This document shows, in pieces, positions 20,908 to 30,818 of a DNA stretch of 64,000 bases. The notes beneath the pieces were generated by a model. The model searched no databases and was not told the origin of the DNA. It saw only the letters and a program-made list of their open reading frames with translations. The position numbers and the translations under genes were made by a program. Position 1 is the first letter of the stretch. Each line of letters starts with the position of its first letter. This DNA is from an uncultured Poribacteria bacterium (GTDB taxonomy: Bacteria; Poribacteria; WGA-4E; WGA-3G), in assembly GCA_951813565.1 (NCBI GenBank), contig OX638351.1, forward strand, positions 3,104,001 through 3,168,000. Direction: 5' to 3'.

Positions 20908-21110
20908 AGATTCTCTGTAGGAGTTATAGTTAGATTTATGGCAAATTTCTTATAGACGTATTTTAAACTGAGAACACAAATCGAAATATATACTTCTGTA
21001 TTATTAGAAACTAAAGTTTGGACATTTTTTAAACGTGAGTTGATACGAAATTAGTTCACCACCTATGTTGTTCAAGTCAACACACAACGGACAAAACGGA
21101 AACCTCCTTT

Positions 21111-21261
21111 GCTCCAGCGGAGCAATATGTTTATAGCAACATTATGAAACGACATATCCGCTCCAGCGGAGCGGTCCGTGATTCCCGACACATAGCACTC
21201 CGCTGAAGTGTGAGAATGTGTGGACACCGTTTTCTATAGATATAGCACTCCGCTGGAGTGC
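21111..21261. repeat. Cluster of GCTCCAGCGGAGC / GCACTCCGCTGGAGTGC palindromes
   Basis: Four related short palindromes, two direct and two inverted, upstream of efp. Confidence 0.65.
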
Positions 21262-21349
21262 AGCATTTTCGCGGTGTTCCACTGATATGTGAAACTCAAC
21301 TTTCACGAGGTAAGAATTGTCCAAACTATAGTATTAGAAAGGAAATTTA

Positions 21350-21907
21350 ATGGCAGCACTAAACGATTTACGAAACGGATTAGTCATCCGACTTGATGAT
21401 GTTGTCTACACTATTGTAGACTTTCAGCCTGTGAAGCCCGGGAAAGGTGGCGCATTCACTCGGACAAAAATTAAGCGGGTCGCCGATGGCGCGGTGCTTG
21501 ATCGCACCTTTCGCGCCAACGAAACCATTGAAACCGTCAGACTCACTGATCAAGAAATGCAGTTCCTCTACAGTGAGGGGGATATGCTATGGTTTATGGA
21601 CAACGAAACTTTTGACCAGCATGCGCTTCCTAAAGCACTCATTGGGGATGGTGTAAAATACTTAAAAGAAGGTGAAACTATAACGGTCAAAATGGATGTT
21701 GATACGCCGCTTGCCGTAGAATTGCCGACTTTTGTAGAGCTCAAAATTGTTGAAACGGACCCCGGTTTACGAGGAGATACCGTCAGCGGCGGTTCAAAGA
21801 CAGCAAAATTAGAAACTGGGGCTGTCGTAAATGTCCCTCTCTTTGTTAAAAACGAAACTGTTATCAAAGTTGACACTCGGACAGGGAAATACGTTGAAAG
21901 GGTGTAA
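21350..21907 (+). CDS. efp: Elongation factor P
   Basis: KPGKGGAF, TDPGLRGDT, LETGAVVNVPLFV, KVDTRTG. Confidence 0.97.
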   Translation: MAALNDLRNGLVIRLDDVVYTIVDFQPVKPGKGGAFTRTKIKRVADGAVLDRTFRANETIETVRLTDQEMQFLYSEGDMLWFMDNETFDQHALPKALIGDGVKYLKEGETITVKMDVDTPLAVELPTFVELKIVETDPGLRGDTVSGGSKTAKLETGAVVNVPLFVKNETVIKVDTRTGKYVERV

Positions 21908-21910
21908 AAT

Positions 21911-22399
21911 ATGAAGCAAAAAAAGCAAAGTGAGAAAGTTGACTCTCCTGCTGATACAGAAGTTACTTCTGACCCTCTATTAGAACGCCTTGAAGACCTC
22001 ATCGCAATTGCGGAGAAATCGGATTTGGCAACGGTTCGAATTCGCGATGGTGAAGTCGAGATAGAACTTTCGCGCACGACCTCTCAATCAGTTGTACCGT
22101 CTACACTGCCCAACCCGAATATCACCGCACCAACACTCGTCACAGAAAACGAAGCAGGTGACGACATTATTCGCTCACCGATGCCAGCACGTTTTTATCG
22201 ATCCCCAGCACCCGATGAACCGCCATTTATTGAAGTCGGTGATACTGTTACTGCCGGTGCTTCCTTGGGCACTTTGGAAGTCATGAAAACTTACAACGAT
22301 GTTGAGGCACCTTTCAACTGTGAAATCCTCGAAATTCTTGTTGAAGATGGGGACGCAGTTGAATACAATCAACCGCTCTTTCGAGTGAGGCAAACTTAG
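21911..22399 (+). CDS. accB: Acetyl-CoA carboxylase biotin carboxyl carrier protein
   Basis: IRSPM..FYRSPAP, EVMKTYN biotinylation motif, VEYNQPLF; adjacent to accC. Confidence 0.92.
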   Translation: MKQKKQSEKVDSPADTEVTSDPLLERLEDLIAIAEKSDLATVRIRDGEVEIELSRTTSQSVVPSTLPNPNITAPTLVTENEAGDDIIRSPMPARFYRSPAPDEPPFIEVGDTVTAGASLGTLEVMKTYNDVEAPFNCEILEILVEDGDAVEYNQPLFRVRQT

Positions 22400-22403
22400 G
22401 ACT

Positions 22404-23762
22404 ATGTTTGAAAAAATTTTGATTGCAAATCGCGGGGAAATTGCTATCCGTATTATCCGTGCCTGTAAGGATATGGGTATTAAGACTGTTGCTATTTTTT
22501 CTACAGCAGACAAAAACGCTCTCCACGTCGAATATGCCGATGAGGCATACTGTATCGGGCCACCCCCTTCTACCGAAAGTTATCTTAAATATGCCAACAT
22601 TACTGCTGTAGCGGACTTTGCCAATGTCGATGCGATACACCCTGGCGCGGGATTTCTCGCTGAAGATGCACAGTTCGCTGAAATATGCGAAGCACACCAA
22701 ATAAAATTTATCGGTCCGTCCATTGATGACCTCAATACTATGGGCGACAAGGTCCGCGCACTTGAAACAGTCGCAAAGGCGGGTTTGAAACTTGTCCCTG
22801 GTAGTCAAAGCAGGAAACGAAAAAAAGACAAAAAAGCAACCGTTGAATCTGCTGAAGAAGCAGCTGAACTCGCTGAAAAAATCGGATATCCGATTGGAAT
22901 CAAGGCATCCGCAGGTGGTGGCGGGCGCGGTATTCGCATCGCATACAACCGTCCCAGTCTGTTTAACCTGTTTCACATCGCAAAAGCCGAGAGCGAAGCC
23001 GCGTTTGGTAACGGCGATGTTTACATTGAAAAATGGATAGAAGAAGCACGGCATATTGAAGTACAAGTTTTGGGAGATTCTCACGGTAATGTCGTCCATT
23101 TCGGAGAACGCGAATGCTCAATCCAACGCAAACAGCAAAAACTGCTTGAGGAAGCTCCCGCTGCATCCATTTCCCCTAAACTTCGGAATGAAATTTGTAA
23201 AGCAGCCGTTAAAGCAGCGAAGTCAATCGGATACACAAATGCAGGTACAATTGAGTTTGTCGTTGATAAGGACGAAAAATTCTATTTCCTTGAGATGAAT
23301 ACGCGCATTCAAGTTGAACATACCATCACCGAAAGTATCACTGGCATTGATCTGATTAAGGAACAGATTCGTTTGGCGATGGGAGAGGAACTCGGATACA
23401 ACCAATCTGATATTCGCATCAAAGGACACGCTATTGAATGCAGAATCAATGCTGAAGACCCTGCCAATCAGTTTATGCCTTCACCAGGGTTAGTTACAGA
23501 CTATCAACTTCCCGGTGGTATCGGTATTCGTGTTGACGGGTATATTTACACTGGCTATACGGTGCCCCCCCACTATGACTCACTTATTGCAAAACTTATC
23601 GCTACCGGTAGAGATCGAGACGAAGCGATTGCCCGATTGAAGCGAGCACTTTCCGAATTTAAGATTGAAGGCATCAAAACTACAATTCCACTCCATCAAA
23701 ATATTCTGAATGATGAGCGGTTTCTAAACCGAAATATTTTCACTAACTTCCTAAAAACATGA
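22404..23762 (+). CDS. accC: Acetyl-CoA carboxylase biotin carboxylase
   Basis: KILIANRGEIA, KASAGGGGRG, ERECSIQR, FLEMNTRIQVEH, ECRINAED, YDSLIAK. Confidence 0.97.
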   Translation: MFEKILIANRGEIAIRIIRACKDMGIKTVAIFSTADKNALHVEYADEAYCIGPPPSTESYLKYANITAVADFANVDAIHPGAGFLAEDAQFAEICEAHQIKFIGPSIDDLNTMGDKVRALETVAKAGLKLVPGSQSRKRKKDKKATVESAEEAAELAEKIGYPIGIKASAGGGGRGIRIAYNRPSLFNLFHIAKAESEAAFGNGDVYIEKWIEEARHIEVQVLGDSHGNVVHFGERECSIQRKQQKLLEEAPAASISPKLRNEICKAAVKAAKSIGYTNAGTIEFVVDKDEKFYFLEMNTRIQVEHTITESITGIDLIKEQIRLAMGEELGYNQSDIRIKGHAIECRINAEDPANQFMPSPGLVTDYQLPGGIGIRVDGYIYTGYTVPPHYDSLIAKLIATGRDRDEAIARLKRALSEFKIEGIKTTIPLHQNILNDERFLNRNIFTNFLKT

Positions 23763-25483
23763 AAACCTTTATAGGGACAACAACGGAGGAATGGCGCACC
23801 CTCAAGTATGTTCTGTGTTTTGTGGTACTCATGTTTATCACACCCCATGCACTTTCACAGTCTGCTACCTTCGTTGATGCAACACACGAATCTGGCATAC
23901 GTTTTCAGCACGCAGAAGGTTCGCGTTCCAGTTTACTGCCTGAAGATATGGGTTCTGGCGCTGGTTTTGCCGATATAGATAATGACGGTGATCTTGACCT
24001 CTACATTGTAAACATCCCCGGTCCTTTTAAAATAAACCATTCCAACAAACCTACTACATCTGCAAATGTGCTTTACCGGAACAACGGTGATGGCACATTT
24101 ACTGACATCACAGATACTGCGAAAGTCGGAGACACAGGATACGGCATGGGGTGTGTCTTCGCAGATTACAATGGTGACGGCAACGTTGATCTCTATGTGA
24201 CGAATTATGGTGAAAATGTGCTTTATCAGAACAAAGGTGATGGCACATTTACTGATGTAACAAAAACTGCCAAAGTCGGGTGTCCGTTGTGGAGTACAGG
24301 TGCTGCTTTCGCTGATTACGATGGTGATAACGATTTGGATTTGTATGTTTGTAACTACGTCAACTATGATCTTGAGCAGTTCCAACAACAGAAAGAAGAA
24401 TCCTTACAATCCGGGAAATTAGTGCCAAATGCCCTGAATCCCACCGTCTTTGAACCGCAGGATAACGTGTTTTACCGTAACAACGGTGACGGGACGTTTA
24501 CCGATATAACCGCCGAAACAGGTGTTGCAGCACCAGGCGGCAGGAGCATGCAAGCCATTTTTAGCGATTTTGATAATGATAACGATATGGACCTTTACGT
24601 TGCAAACGACACGTCTGAAAACCATGTTTTTCGCAATGACGGTGACAGAACTTTTACCGATGTTAGTGCTGAGTCATGGGCTGCGGATTTTCGCGGATCC
24701 ATGGGGTTAGCAGCTGGGGATTACGATGCAGACGGAGATGTTGATCTCTTTATCAGTCATTGGATTGACCAAGAATATGTGCTTTATAGAAATCTGTTGA
24801 CAGAGAATAAAACAGCAGAGCATCTCGCTACGAAACGTATCCGATTCGTAGATGAATCCTATTCTGCTATGCTTGCAGAAGTTACACTAAAGGAAATAGG
24901 GTGGGGTGTCTCTCTTTTTGACTACGACAACGATGGCGATTTAGATATTTTTGTTGTAAATGGAAGCACATTTCAAAAACTGGATCAACCTGAAATGCTT
25001 ATCCCACAACATAATCAGCTGTTTCGCAACGAAGGCGATGGGACTTTCAGTGATATAAGCAAAAGTTCAGGTATTGCCAATCTTCCCGCGCGTGTTAGCC
25101 GTGGTGCTGCATTTGGCGACTATGACAACGATGGCGATGTAGATATTTTCATTGCCAATAACTATGACCGACCAACCTTATTGCGGAATAATGCCACCGA
25201 TATGAAAAACAGCAATAATTGGCTGCATGTTAGGTTGATAGGTAAAAACCTAAACCAAAACGCTATTGGTGCGAAAATATTACTGAAAACTGCAGATTCT
25301 ACCCAGATACGAGAAATTTACGCTGGTGAAAGTTATATGTCTGCTAACAGCTTTATTGCTGAATTCGGGTTAGGGAAAGCCACTCAGATTCACACGCTGC
25401 AGGTTACCTGGACCAATGGTAAGACACAAACGCTTCAGGATATATCGGTAAACCAGTTGATACAGATTATCCAAAAACCGTAA
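23759..25483 (+). CDS. CRTAC1/ASPIC-UnbV family FG-GAP repeat protein
   Basis: Repeated DxDNDGDxDL(Y/F) and YRNNGDGTFTD motifs; C-terminal NAIGAKI..EFGLG ASPIC/UnbV domain. Confidence 0.9.
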   Translation: MKTFIGTTTEEWRTLKYVLCFVVLMFITPHALSQSATFVDATHESGIRFQHAEGSRSSLLPEDMGSGAGFADIDNDGDLDLYIVNIPGPFKINHSNKPTTSANVLYRNNGDGTFTDITDTAKVGDTGYGMGCVFADYNGDGNVDLYVTNYGENVLYQNKGDGTFTDVTKTAKVGCPLWSTGAAFADYDGDNDLDLYVCNYVNYDLEQFQQQKEESLQSGKLVPNALNPTVFEPQDNVFYRNNGDGTFTDITAETGVAAPGGRSMQAIFSDFDNDNDMDLYVANDTSENHVFRNDGDRTFTDVSAESWAADFRGSMGLAAGDYDADGDVDLFISHWIDQEYVLYRNLLTENKTAEHLATKRIRFVDESYSAMLAEVTLKEIGWGVSLFDYDNDGDLDIFVVNGSTFQKLDQPEMLIPQHNQLFRNEGDGTFSDISKSSGIANLPARVSRGAAFGDYDNDGDVDIFIANNYDRPTLLRNNATDMKNSNNWLHVRLIGKNLNQNAIGAKILLKTADSTQIREIYAGESYMSANSFIAEFGLGKATQIHTLQVTWTNGKTQTLQDISVNQLIQIIQKP

Positions 25484-25569
25484 GTCGTGTTATAGAAATT
25501 CAATTTTCTATGGGATGGATTGCCTTGTAGGAGGGCTTTGTCCGCCCGATTTTTTATTACCCAACTACC

Positions 25570-26979
25570 ATGAACACCAACGCTAAACTCCCTGAACAAA
25601 CATCTCCTTCAACCTCACCAAAATCCGCCCTATTAACAGAATCCGAGATGGCACTGTTTGTCGACTACTATCAACTCACGATGGGGCAAGCAGATTTCAA
25701 AAGCCAAAACGATGCTATCATTACCGCTAATTACTATGTCCGTAAAATCCCACAAGGTGAATATCTTGTGGTGGCAGGTCTTGAGCAGGTTATCCATTGC
25801 ATTCTCAATTTACGTTTTACCGATGATACACTCAACTGGTTAGCAGAACGCGGCGAATTGAGTGAAGACTACCTTGAATCGTTGAAAGATTTCCGATTTG
25901 ACGGTTCTATTTATGCTGTTCCTGAAGGCACTATCGTTTTTCCCAATGAACCAATAATCAACGTTACCGGCAGATCTCGTGATGTTCAAGTTTTTGAAAC
26001 CTACCTGCTCTGCGTAATGAACTTTCAAACGTTGATTGCGACAAAAGCTTCACGAATTGTGCGCGCAGCAAGAGGAAAACCTGTTTTTGATTTCGGTGCA
26101 AGACGCGCACATGGGAGGGATGCGGGTATCCTTGCTGCACGTGCTTCATTCATCGGTGGTGCAAGCGGCACATCGCTTGTGCTGGCAGGACGTTATTTTA
26201 ACATCCCTTATGTCGGCACAATGGCACATAAATTTGTCATGGAACGCCCCACAGAGGTAGATGCTTTCCGAGATTACGCTAACGCCTTCCCACACAATAC
26301 AACACTTCTGATTGATACCTACGATACGTTAGAAGGGGCAAAAAATGCCTGCATCGTTGCACATGAGATGGAAGCGCGCGGTGCCAGACTCAAAGCCGTG
26401 AGATTAGATAGTGGTGATCTCTTGTCGCTCAGTAAAGAGGTTCGCCGTATTCTTCATGCAGAAAGACTCAATTATGTTCAGATTATTGCCAGCCATGATC
26501 TTGATGAATTTGAAATAGACAATTTACTTAAAGAAGACTCACCGATTGATGGATTTGGTGTTGGCACTCGCCTTGCAACTGGTGCTAACTTTAATTCTCG
26601 GACAGGTGAGGGTGGACCTTCCGCGCTCGGTGGTGTTTTCAAGTCAGTTGAACGCGATGGTATTCCTGTGGGTAAACAGTCGCTTGACGAACCTGACAAA
26701 GCCACTGTCCCAGGAAGAAAACAGATCTATCGGCAAACCGACTCCAACGGACACTACTGTAAAGACTGTGTAATGCACTGGAATGAACCGATATCCGGTG
26801 GAGAACCGCTCTTAATTTCCATTGTCAAAGATGGGAACTTGGTGTATAATTTTCCAAATCTGACAGCCATTCAAGCACGGGCGAAGACTGAACTTATGAA
26901 ATTGGATGAATCTCATAAAGTTTTAATAGATGCTAAACCGTATCCGGTTGAAATAAATTCGCGGTTGAAAACAGAATAG
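25570..26979 (+). CDS. pncB: Nicotinate phosphoribosyltransferase
   Basis: DYYQLTM, DFGARRAHG, GTMAH, LIDTYD, VRLDSGD, GFGVGT. Confidence 0.93.
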   Translation: MNTNAKLPEQTSPSTSPKSALLTESEMALFVDYYQLTMGQADFKSQNDAIITANYYVRKIPQGEYLVVAGLEQVIHCILNLRFTDDTLNWLAERGELSEDYLESLKDFRFDGSIYAVPEGTIVFPNEPIINVTGRSRDVQVFETYLLCVMNFQTLIATKASRIVRAARGKPVFDFGARRAHGRDAGILAARASFIGGASGTSLVLAGRYFNIPYVGTMAHKFVMERPTEVDAFRDYANAFPHNTTLLIDTYDTLEGAKNACIVAHEMEARGARLKAVRLDSGDLLSLSKEVRRILHAERLNYVQIIASHDLDEFEIDNLLKEDSPIDGFGVGTRLATGANFNSRTGEGGPSALGGVFKSVERDGIPVGKQSLDEPDKATVPGRKQIYRQTDSNGHYCKDCVMHWNEPISGGEPLLISIVKDGNLVYNFPNLTAIQARAKTELMKLDESHKVLIDAKPYPVEINSRLKTE

Positions 26980-27063
26980 TGACGAAGACACGTCGTATAT
27001 TTCCCTTTAACAACCTTACCCGTGATCAGGGACAGGCTTGTTCTGATATGCCAGGAGAAAATA

Positions 27064-27870
27064 ATGAATATCCTAAAAGACTTTGAATTCAAGCAAAGAA
27101 AGTATATGCCTGTCTTTCCAAAAGCAAATGGCAAACCGACTACCTACATTGAAGGATACCCCTGTGAGGACGATGAGCCTATGGCTGCAACAGGATTTCA
27201 TGGTGTGCAGATTAATACCTTTTATGACCAACTCTCGCGATATTTCGCTATCAATGAACAGATATACATCGGTGTTGACAGTTTTATTTACTATTGTGAA
27301 GGAGACATTACAAAGTCCGTTGCTCCTGATGTGTACGTCGTCTTCGGTGTTGCTAAAGGTCCCGAGCGTCGTAGTTTCTATACGTGGGCAGAAGGGGCAG
27401 CACCCGTTGCTGTTTTTGAGTTTCTCTCTGATTCAACAGCACATCAGGATCGGAATGAGAAAGTCGGTGTGTATCTGAATGATATAGACGTTCAAGAATA
27501 TTTTATTCATCGACCTGAGATGGAGAAGCCTGCAGAGTTTCGTGGGTGGCGGCGGAGTCCATCGGATAATATCGTTGAGATGGAACCAGATGCGGAAGGT
27601 GGCTTGTTCAGCGAAGCATTAAATCTCTGGTTTCGCTGGAAGGAGGATCAGACGACACACGTGAGACTTTTACGTCCATATTTGCCCGATGGCACTCCCA
27701 TAACAACGTCTATGGAAGAAAAACATCTGCGAGAACAAGAAAAACACCTGCGAATGGAAGCGGAAGCGCGCGCCGAAGAAGCTGAACGAATCGCCAAAGA
27801 AGAAGCTGAACGAAGACAGGCATTAGAAGCCGAGTTAGAAAATCTCCGTGCACAACTTCCCAACCGCTAA
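27064..27870 (+). CDS. Uma2 family (PD-(D/E)XK-like) endonuclease with coiled-coil tail
   Basis: VAPDVYVV, EFLSDST..D, EYFI, C-terminal AEARAEEAE coiled coil; CAGGAG RBS before ATG 27064. Confidence 0.85.
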   Translation: MNILKDFEFKQRKYMPVFPKANGKPTTYIEGYPCEDDEPMAATGFHGVQINTFYDQLSRYFAINEQIYIGVDSFIYYCEGDITKSVAPDVYVVFGVAKGPERRSFYTWAEGAAPVAVFEFLSDSTAHQDRNEKVGVYLNDIDVQEYFIHRPEMEKPAEFRGWRRSPSDNIVEMEPDAEGGLFSEALNLWFRWKEDQTTHVRLLRPYLPDGTPITTSMEEKHLREQEKHLRMEAEARAEEAERIAKEEAERRQALEAELENLRAQLPNR

Positions 27871-27890
27871 GACGAAAGCGCGTGACACTT

Positions 27891-28079
27891 TGGAATGAAC
27901 CGATATCCGATGGAGAACCGCTCTTAATTTCCATTGTCAAAGACGGGAACTTGGTGTATAATTTTCCAAATCTTACCGACATTCAGACACGAGTGAGATC
28001 AGAACTTTCAAAATTGCAGGAATCGCATAAAGTCTTGACAGATGCTAAACCGTATACGGTTGAAATACATCTGCATTGA
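27891..28079 (+). pseudogene. Second copy of the pncB 3' end (177 bp similar to 26779-26955)
   Basis: WNEPISDGEPLLISIVKDGNLVYNFPNL...ESHKVLTDAKPYTVEI versus pncB WNEPISGGEPLLISIVKDGNLVYNFPNL...ESHKVLIDAKPYPVEI. Confidence 0.9.
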
Positions 28080-28256
28080 GAGAGTAAAACGAGTTACATT
28101 GATTCTCCTCGCGAGATGTGGTATTCTTAATCTAACATTTTATATATAAAAGCGTCACGCGTCCAAGAACTTGCGATGCGGCACGCACACATTTTTAATT
28201 AAGGCATAACATCGCTGTTATGCTTGAAAGCTAAATGCTGAAGGAACACAAAATTA

Positions 28257-29441
28257 GTGTCTAAAGAACCAAGCAATTCGCGTTCCGCCGATGCGGCGGA
28301 CATTGTTCATCCTCAACCTATACCTTTTATATTGGTTCACCTCGCATGTTTTGCCATCTTTTGGGTAGATGTCCAACCCACCGATTGGATTATATGCGGC
28401 GTTCTTTACGTCATCCGTATGTTTGGTATCACAGCAGGATTTCATCGTTATTTTTCACACAGAGCATTTAAAACAAGCCGTGGCTTCCAATTCTTTTTGG
28501 CATTTCTCGGACAAAGCTCAGCACAACGAGGCACACTCTGGTGGGCAGCGAAACATCGGGAACATCATAAGTATTCTGACACAGAGCAAGATGTACATTC
28601 ACCAGTTAAACATGGATTTTGGTACTCCCATATAGGTTGGATTTTGTGTAAACGCGGGCTGAGTGTAGATTACAGTCTGATAAAAGACTTCCGAAAATAT
28701 CCTGAACTTGTTTGGCTTGGGAAATTCCATACACTACCCGCAGTCCTATTAGGTATTTTCGTTTGGGCAATTGCAGGCTGGTCTGGACTCGTCGTAGGTT
28801 TTATAATAAGTACTGTGCTTCTATATCACGGAACTTTTGCTATCAATTCTCTTTCCCACATTTATGGGAAACAACGTTATGACACCGGAGATAATTCTCG
28901 CAACAACATTTTTCTCGCCATCATTACATTGGGGGAAGGATGGCATAACAATCATCACCATTTTCCGAGTGCTGCCCCGCAAGGTTTTCGTTGGTGGCAA
29001 ATTGACATCACGTATTATATTTTGAAAATTTTATCCGTTTTTAGAATCGTTTGGGACCTTCGCTTACCTCCCGCGCATGTCGTTGCGGGCAAACGTAAAC
29101 TGTCTCTCGCTGCCATAGAGAACGCAGCTCAGCAACTTGCCGCGAGTTTTTCGATTGAACAGATTAGCAAAACGGTTTTACAAGTATGGGCACATACACC
29201 AAAATTAGAAGAACTCCGTAGACGCGCTCGTATCGGTCAAACAGAGGTTGAAGCATTTCTCAAAGAGATGAAGATCCTTGAGTTACCGAAAATAGGGAAT
29301 CTTACAGATAAAGCACAAAACATGTTTACTCACATCCCATCCTTAAATCCGATTGTTGAGCGGGCAAATCATATCATCGTTCAGGCTGTTTCGGTGTGGC
29401 TGCTTCAGAATGAAATGATTGAAACTGCGGTTGCCGTGTAG
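28257..29441 (+). CDS. Acyl-CoA (delta-9-type) fatty acid desaturase with C-terminal extension
   Basis: His boxes HRYFSH, HREHH, GEGWHNNHH; WWQIDITY; several TM helices. Confidence 0.92.
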   Translation: MSKEPSNSRSADAADIVHPQPIPFILVHLACFAIFWVDVQPTDWIICGVLYVIRMFGITAGFHRYFSHRAFKTSRGFQFFLAFLGQSSAQRGTLWWAAKHREHHKYSDTEQDVHSPVKHGFWYSHIGWILCKRGLSVDYSLIKDFRKYPELVWLGKFHTLPAVLLGIFVWAIAGWSGLVVGFIISTVLLYHGTFAINSLSHIYGKQRYDTGDNSRNNIFLAIITLGEGWHNNHHHFPSAAPQGFRWWQIDITYYILKILSVFRIVWDLRLPPAHVVAGKRKLSLAAIENAAQQLAASFSIEQISKTVLQVWAHTPKLEELRRRARIGQTEVEAFLKEMKILELPKIGNLTDKAQNMFTHIPSLNPIVERANHIIVQAVSVWLLQNEMIETAVAV

Positions 29442-29503
29442 TGAATGCTGATAAGGGTTGGGTTAGACAGAAAGTAAAATCTAACCCCGCCCTAACGGCG
29501 CAA

Positions 29504-29551
29504 GAATCTCATAAAACCTTAACAGAAGCTAAACCTTATCCGATTGAAATA
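29504..29551 (+). repeat. Third, short remnant of the pncB 3' end
   Basis: 41/48 nt identical to 26908-26955; translates ESHKTLTEAKPYPIEI. Confidence 0.75.
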
Positions 29552-29605
29552 TACGGGAGGCGGAAGTAAATTACATTAAAATCAAACTCTAAAAAACACA
29601 TTTTT

Positions 29606-29884
29606 ATGGATAATCCGCATAAATATGTTGGACTGCCTTTCACACCGCTTATGGCACAAGAACTCATTTTAGAATTATTCGGTGGACAGGCCGCTGGAAA
29701 AGAGGAGATCGCAGGTATTGTTGAGGAAACACATCTTAAACGAGGTGGAAATCAGCCAAGGTCCCTTCAGCATCCTATCACACGAGCACTGACACTTTTG
29801 AAGCAAACTGGACTTGCAGAGAATCCAATACCCGGTTTTTGGTCAATTCGTTCAAATAAATCAGAAGACGTAGGAAAGGATTAG
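29606..29884 (+). CDS. Small hypothetical protein, possibly a winged-helix domain
   Basis: 92 aa; ITRALTLLKQTGLAENPIPGFWSI resembles a wHTH recognition helix plus wing. Confidence 0.5.
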   Translation: MDNPHKYVGLPFTPLMAQELILELFGGQAAGKEEIAGIVEETHLKRGGNQPRSLQHPITRALTLLKQTGLAENPIPGFWSIRSNKSEDVGKD

Positions 29885-30095
29885 AACGTACTGAGACTGC
29901 AAATTGCACCAAATCAACATACAGACTCACTGCCCTATTCCGTGCAGTCGAATATAAGCCTGCACCTTTTTGTGCAGTTCTCTCAGGTATTTCACAAAGC
30001 AATCTGTCAGTTATGCAGATTATCTAAACAAGATTAACAAATCAAGTTATATTTATGCTAAAATATTAAAAATTATTATTTTGGAGGTATTTCCC

Positions 30096-30629
30096 ATGAC
30101 ACAGCAAAACGATCCAGCACAACAGAAAGATCCAACACAACAAAACGATCCAGCACAAACCCTTGAAGCCACAACGTTGCGTGAGAGGTTTCAAGGTCCT
30201 GTGCTGCTCGTAACTTATGACGGTATCAAAAAGGTAAATATCACAGAAATAGAGAAATATGAGATCCATACATCTACAGGTTCGTTCACCAAAATAGATA
30301 TTCTCTTCTGTCTGATGCCAGAATCCGCGGATGAATTAGGAAACGCTTTGCGGATAAACAAAGAAGTTGAAGCCGAAAAACTCCGAACCGATAAAGATCC
30401 ACATAAACGACCAAAAATCATCGGGAAACGCCCTATGCGCAAGTTGGTACAGAAAAACGTCAAGGTGACATTCCGAAACGGGCACATCCTTTACGGTATA
30501 CCGATAGAATACAATGAATATAACTTTACAATGAATGTAAATAACCAGATGATACTCGTCTATAGACACGCTATCTATCAGTTCGAGATCGCCAATCCAA
30601 AAAAGGATAAATCGACAGATACAAATTAA
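30096..30629 (+). CDS. Hypothetical protein with a C-terminal Hfq/Sm-like domain
   Basis: VKVTFRNGHILYG...YNEYNFTM...MILVYRHAI resembles Hfq Sm1/Sm2 (LVYKHAI); GGAGG RBS. Confidence 0.6.
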   Translation: MTQQNDPAQQKDPTQQNDPAQTLEATTLRERFQGPVLLVTYDGIKKVNITEIEKYEIHTSTGSFTKIDILFCLMPESADELGNALRINKEVEAEKLRTDKDPHKRPKIIGKRPMRKLVQKNVKVTFRNGHILYGIPIEYNEYNFTMNVNNQMILVYRHAIYQFEIANPKKDKSTDTN

Positions 30630-30673
30630 GAAAGCACGCTCCTTAGCCAGCAAAAATAGAATATATTTTAGAT

Positions 30674-30689
30674 TGGCACAGAATTTGCT
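30674..30689 (+). promoter_or_regulatory. Candidate sigma-54 (-24/-12) promoter
   Basis: TGGCAC-AGAAT-TTGCT with GG and GC exactly 10 nt apart, about 130 nt upstream of the PhyH start at 30819. Confidence 0.5.
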
Positions 30690-30818
30690 TTAGTTTTAAT
30701 GTAAGTTAGACTAAACCTATAGGTTGGGTTGAACGGACACTTATTTTACGTGTTAGGTTTTGAAACTCAACCTAACCTACGCGCTGCTTTTTCTAAATTC
30801 AACCAAAGGAGCTGTCCA

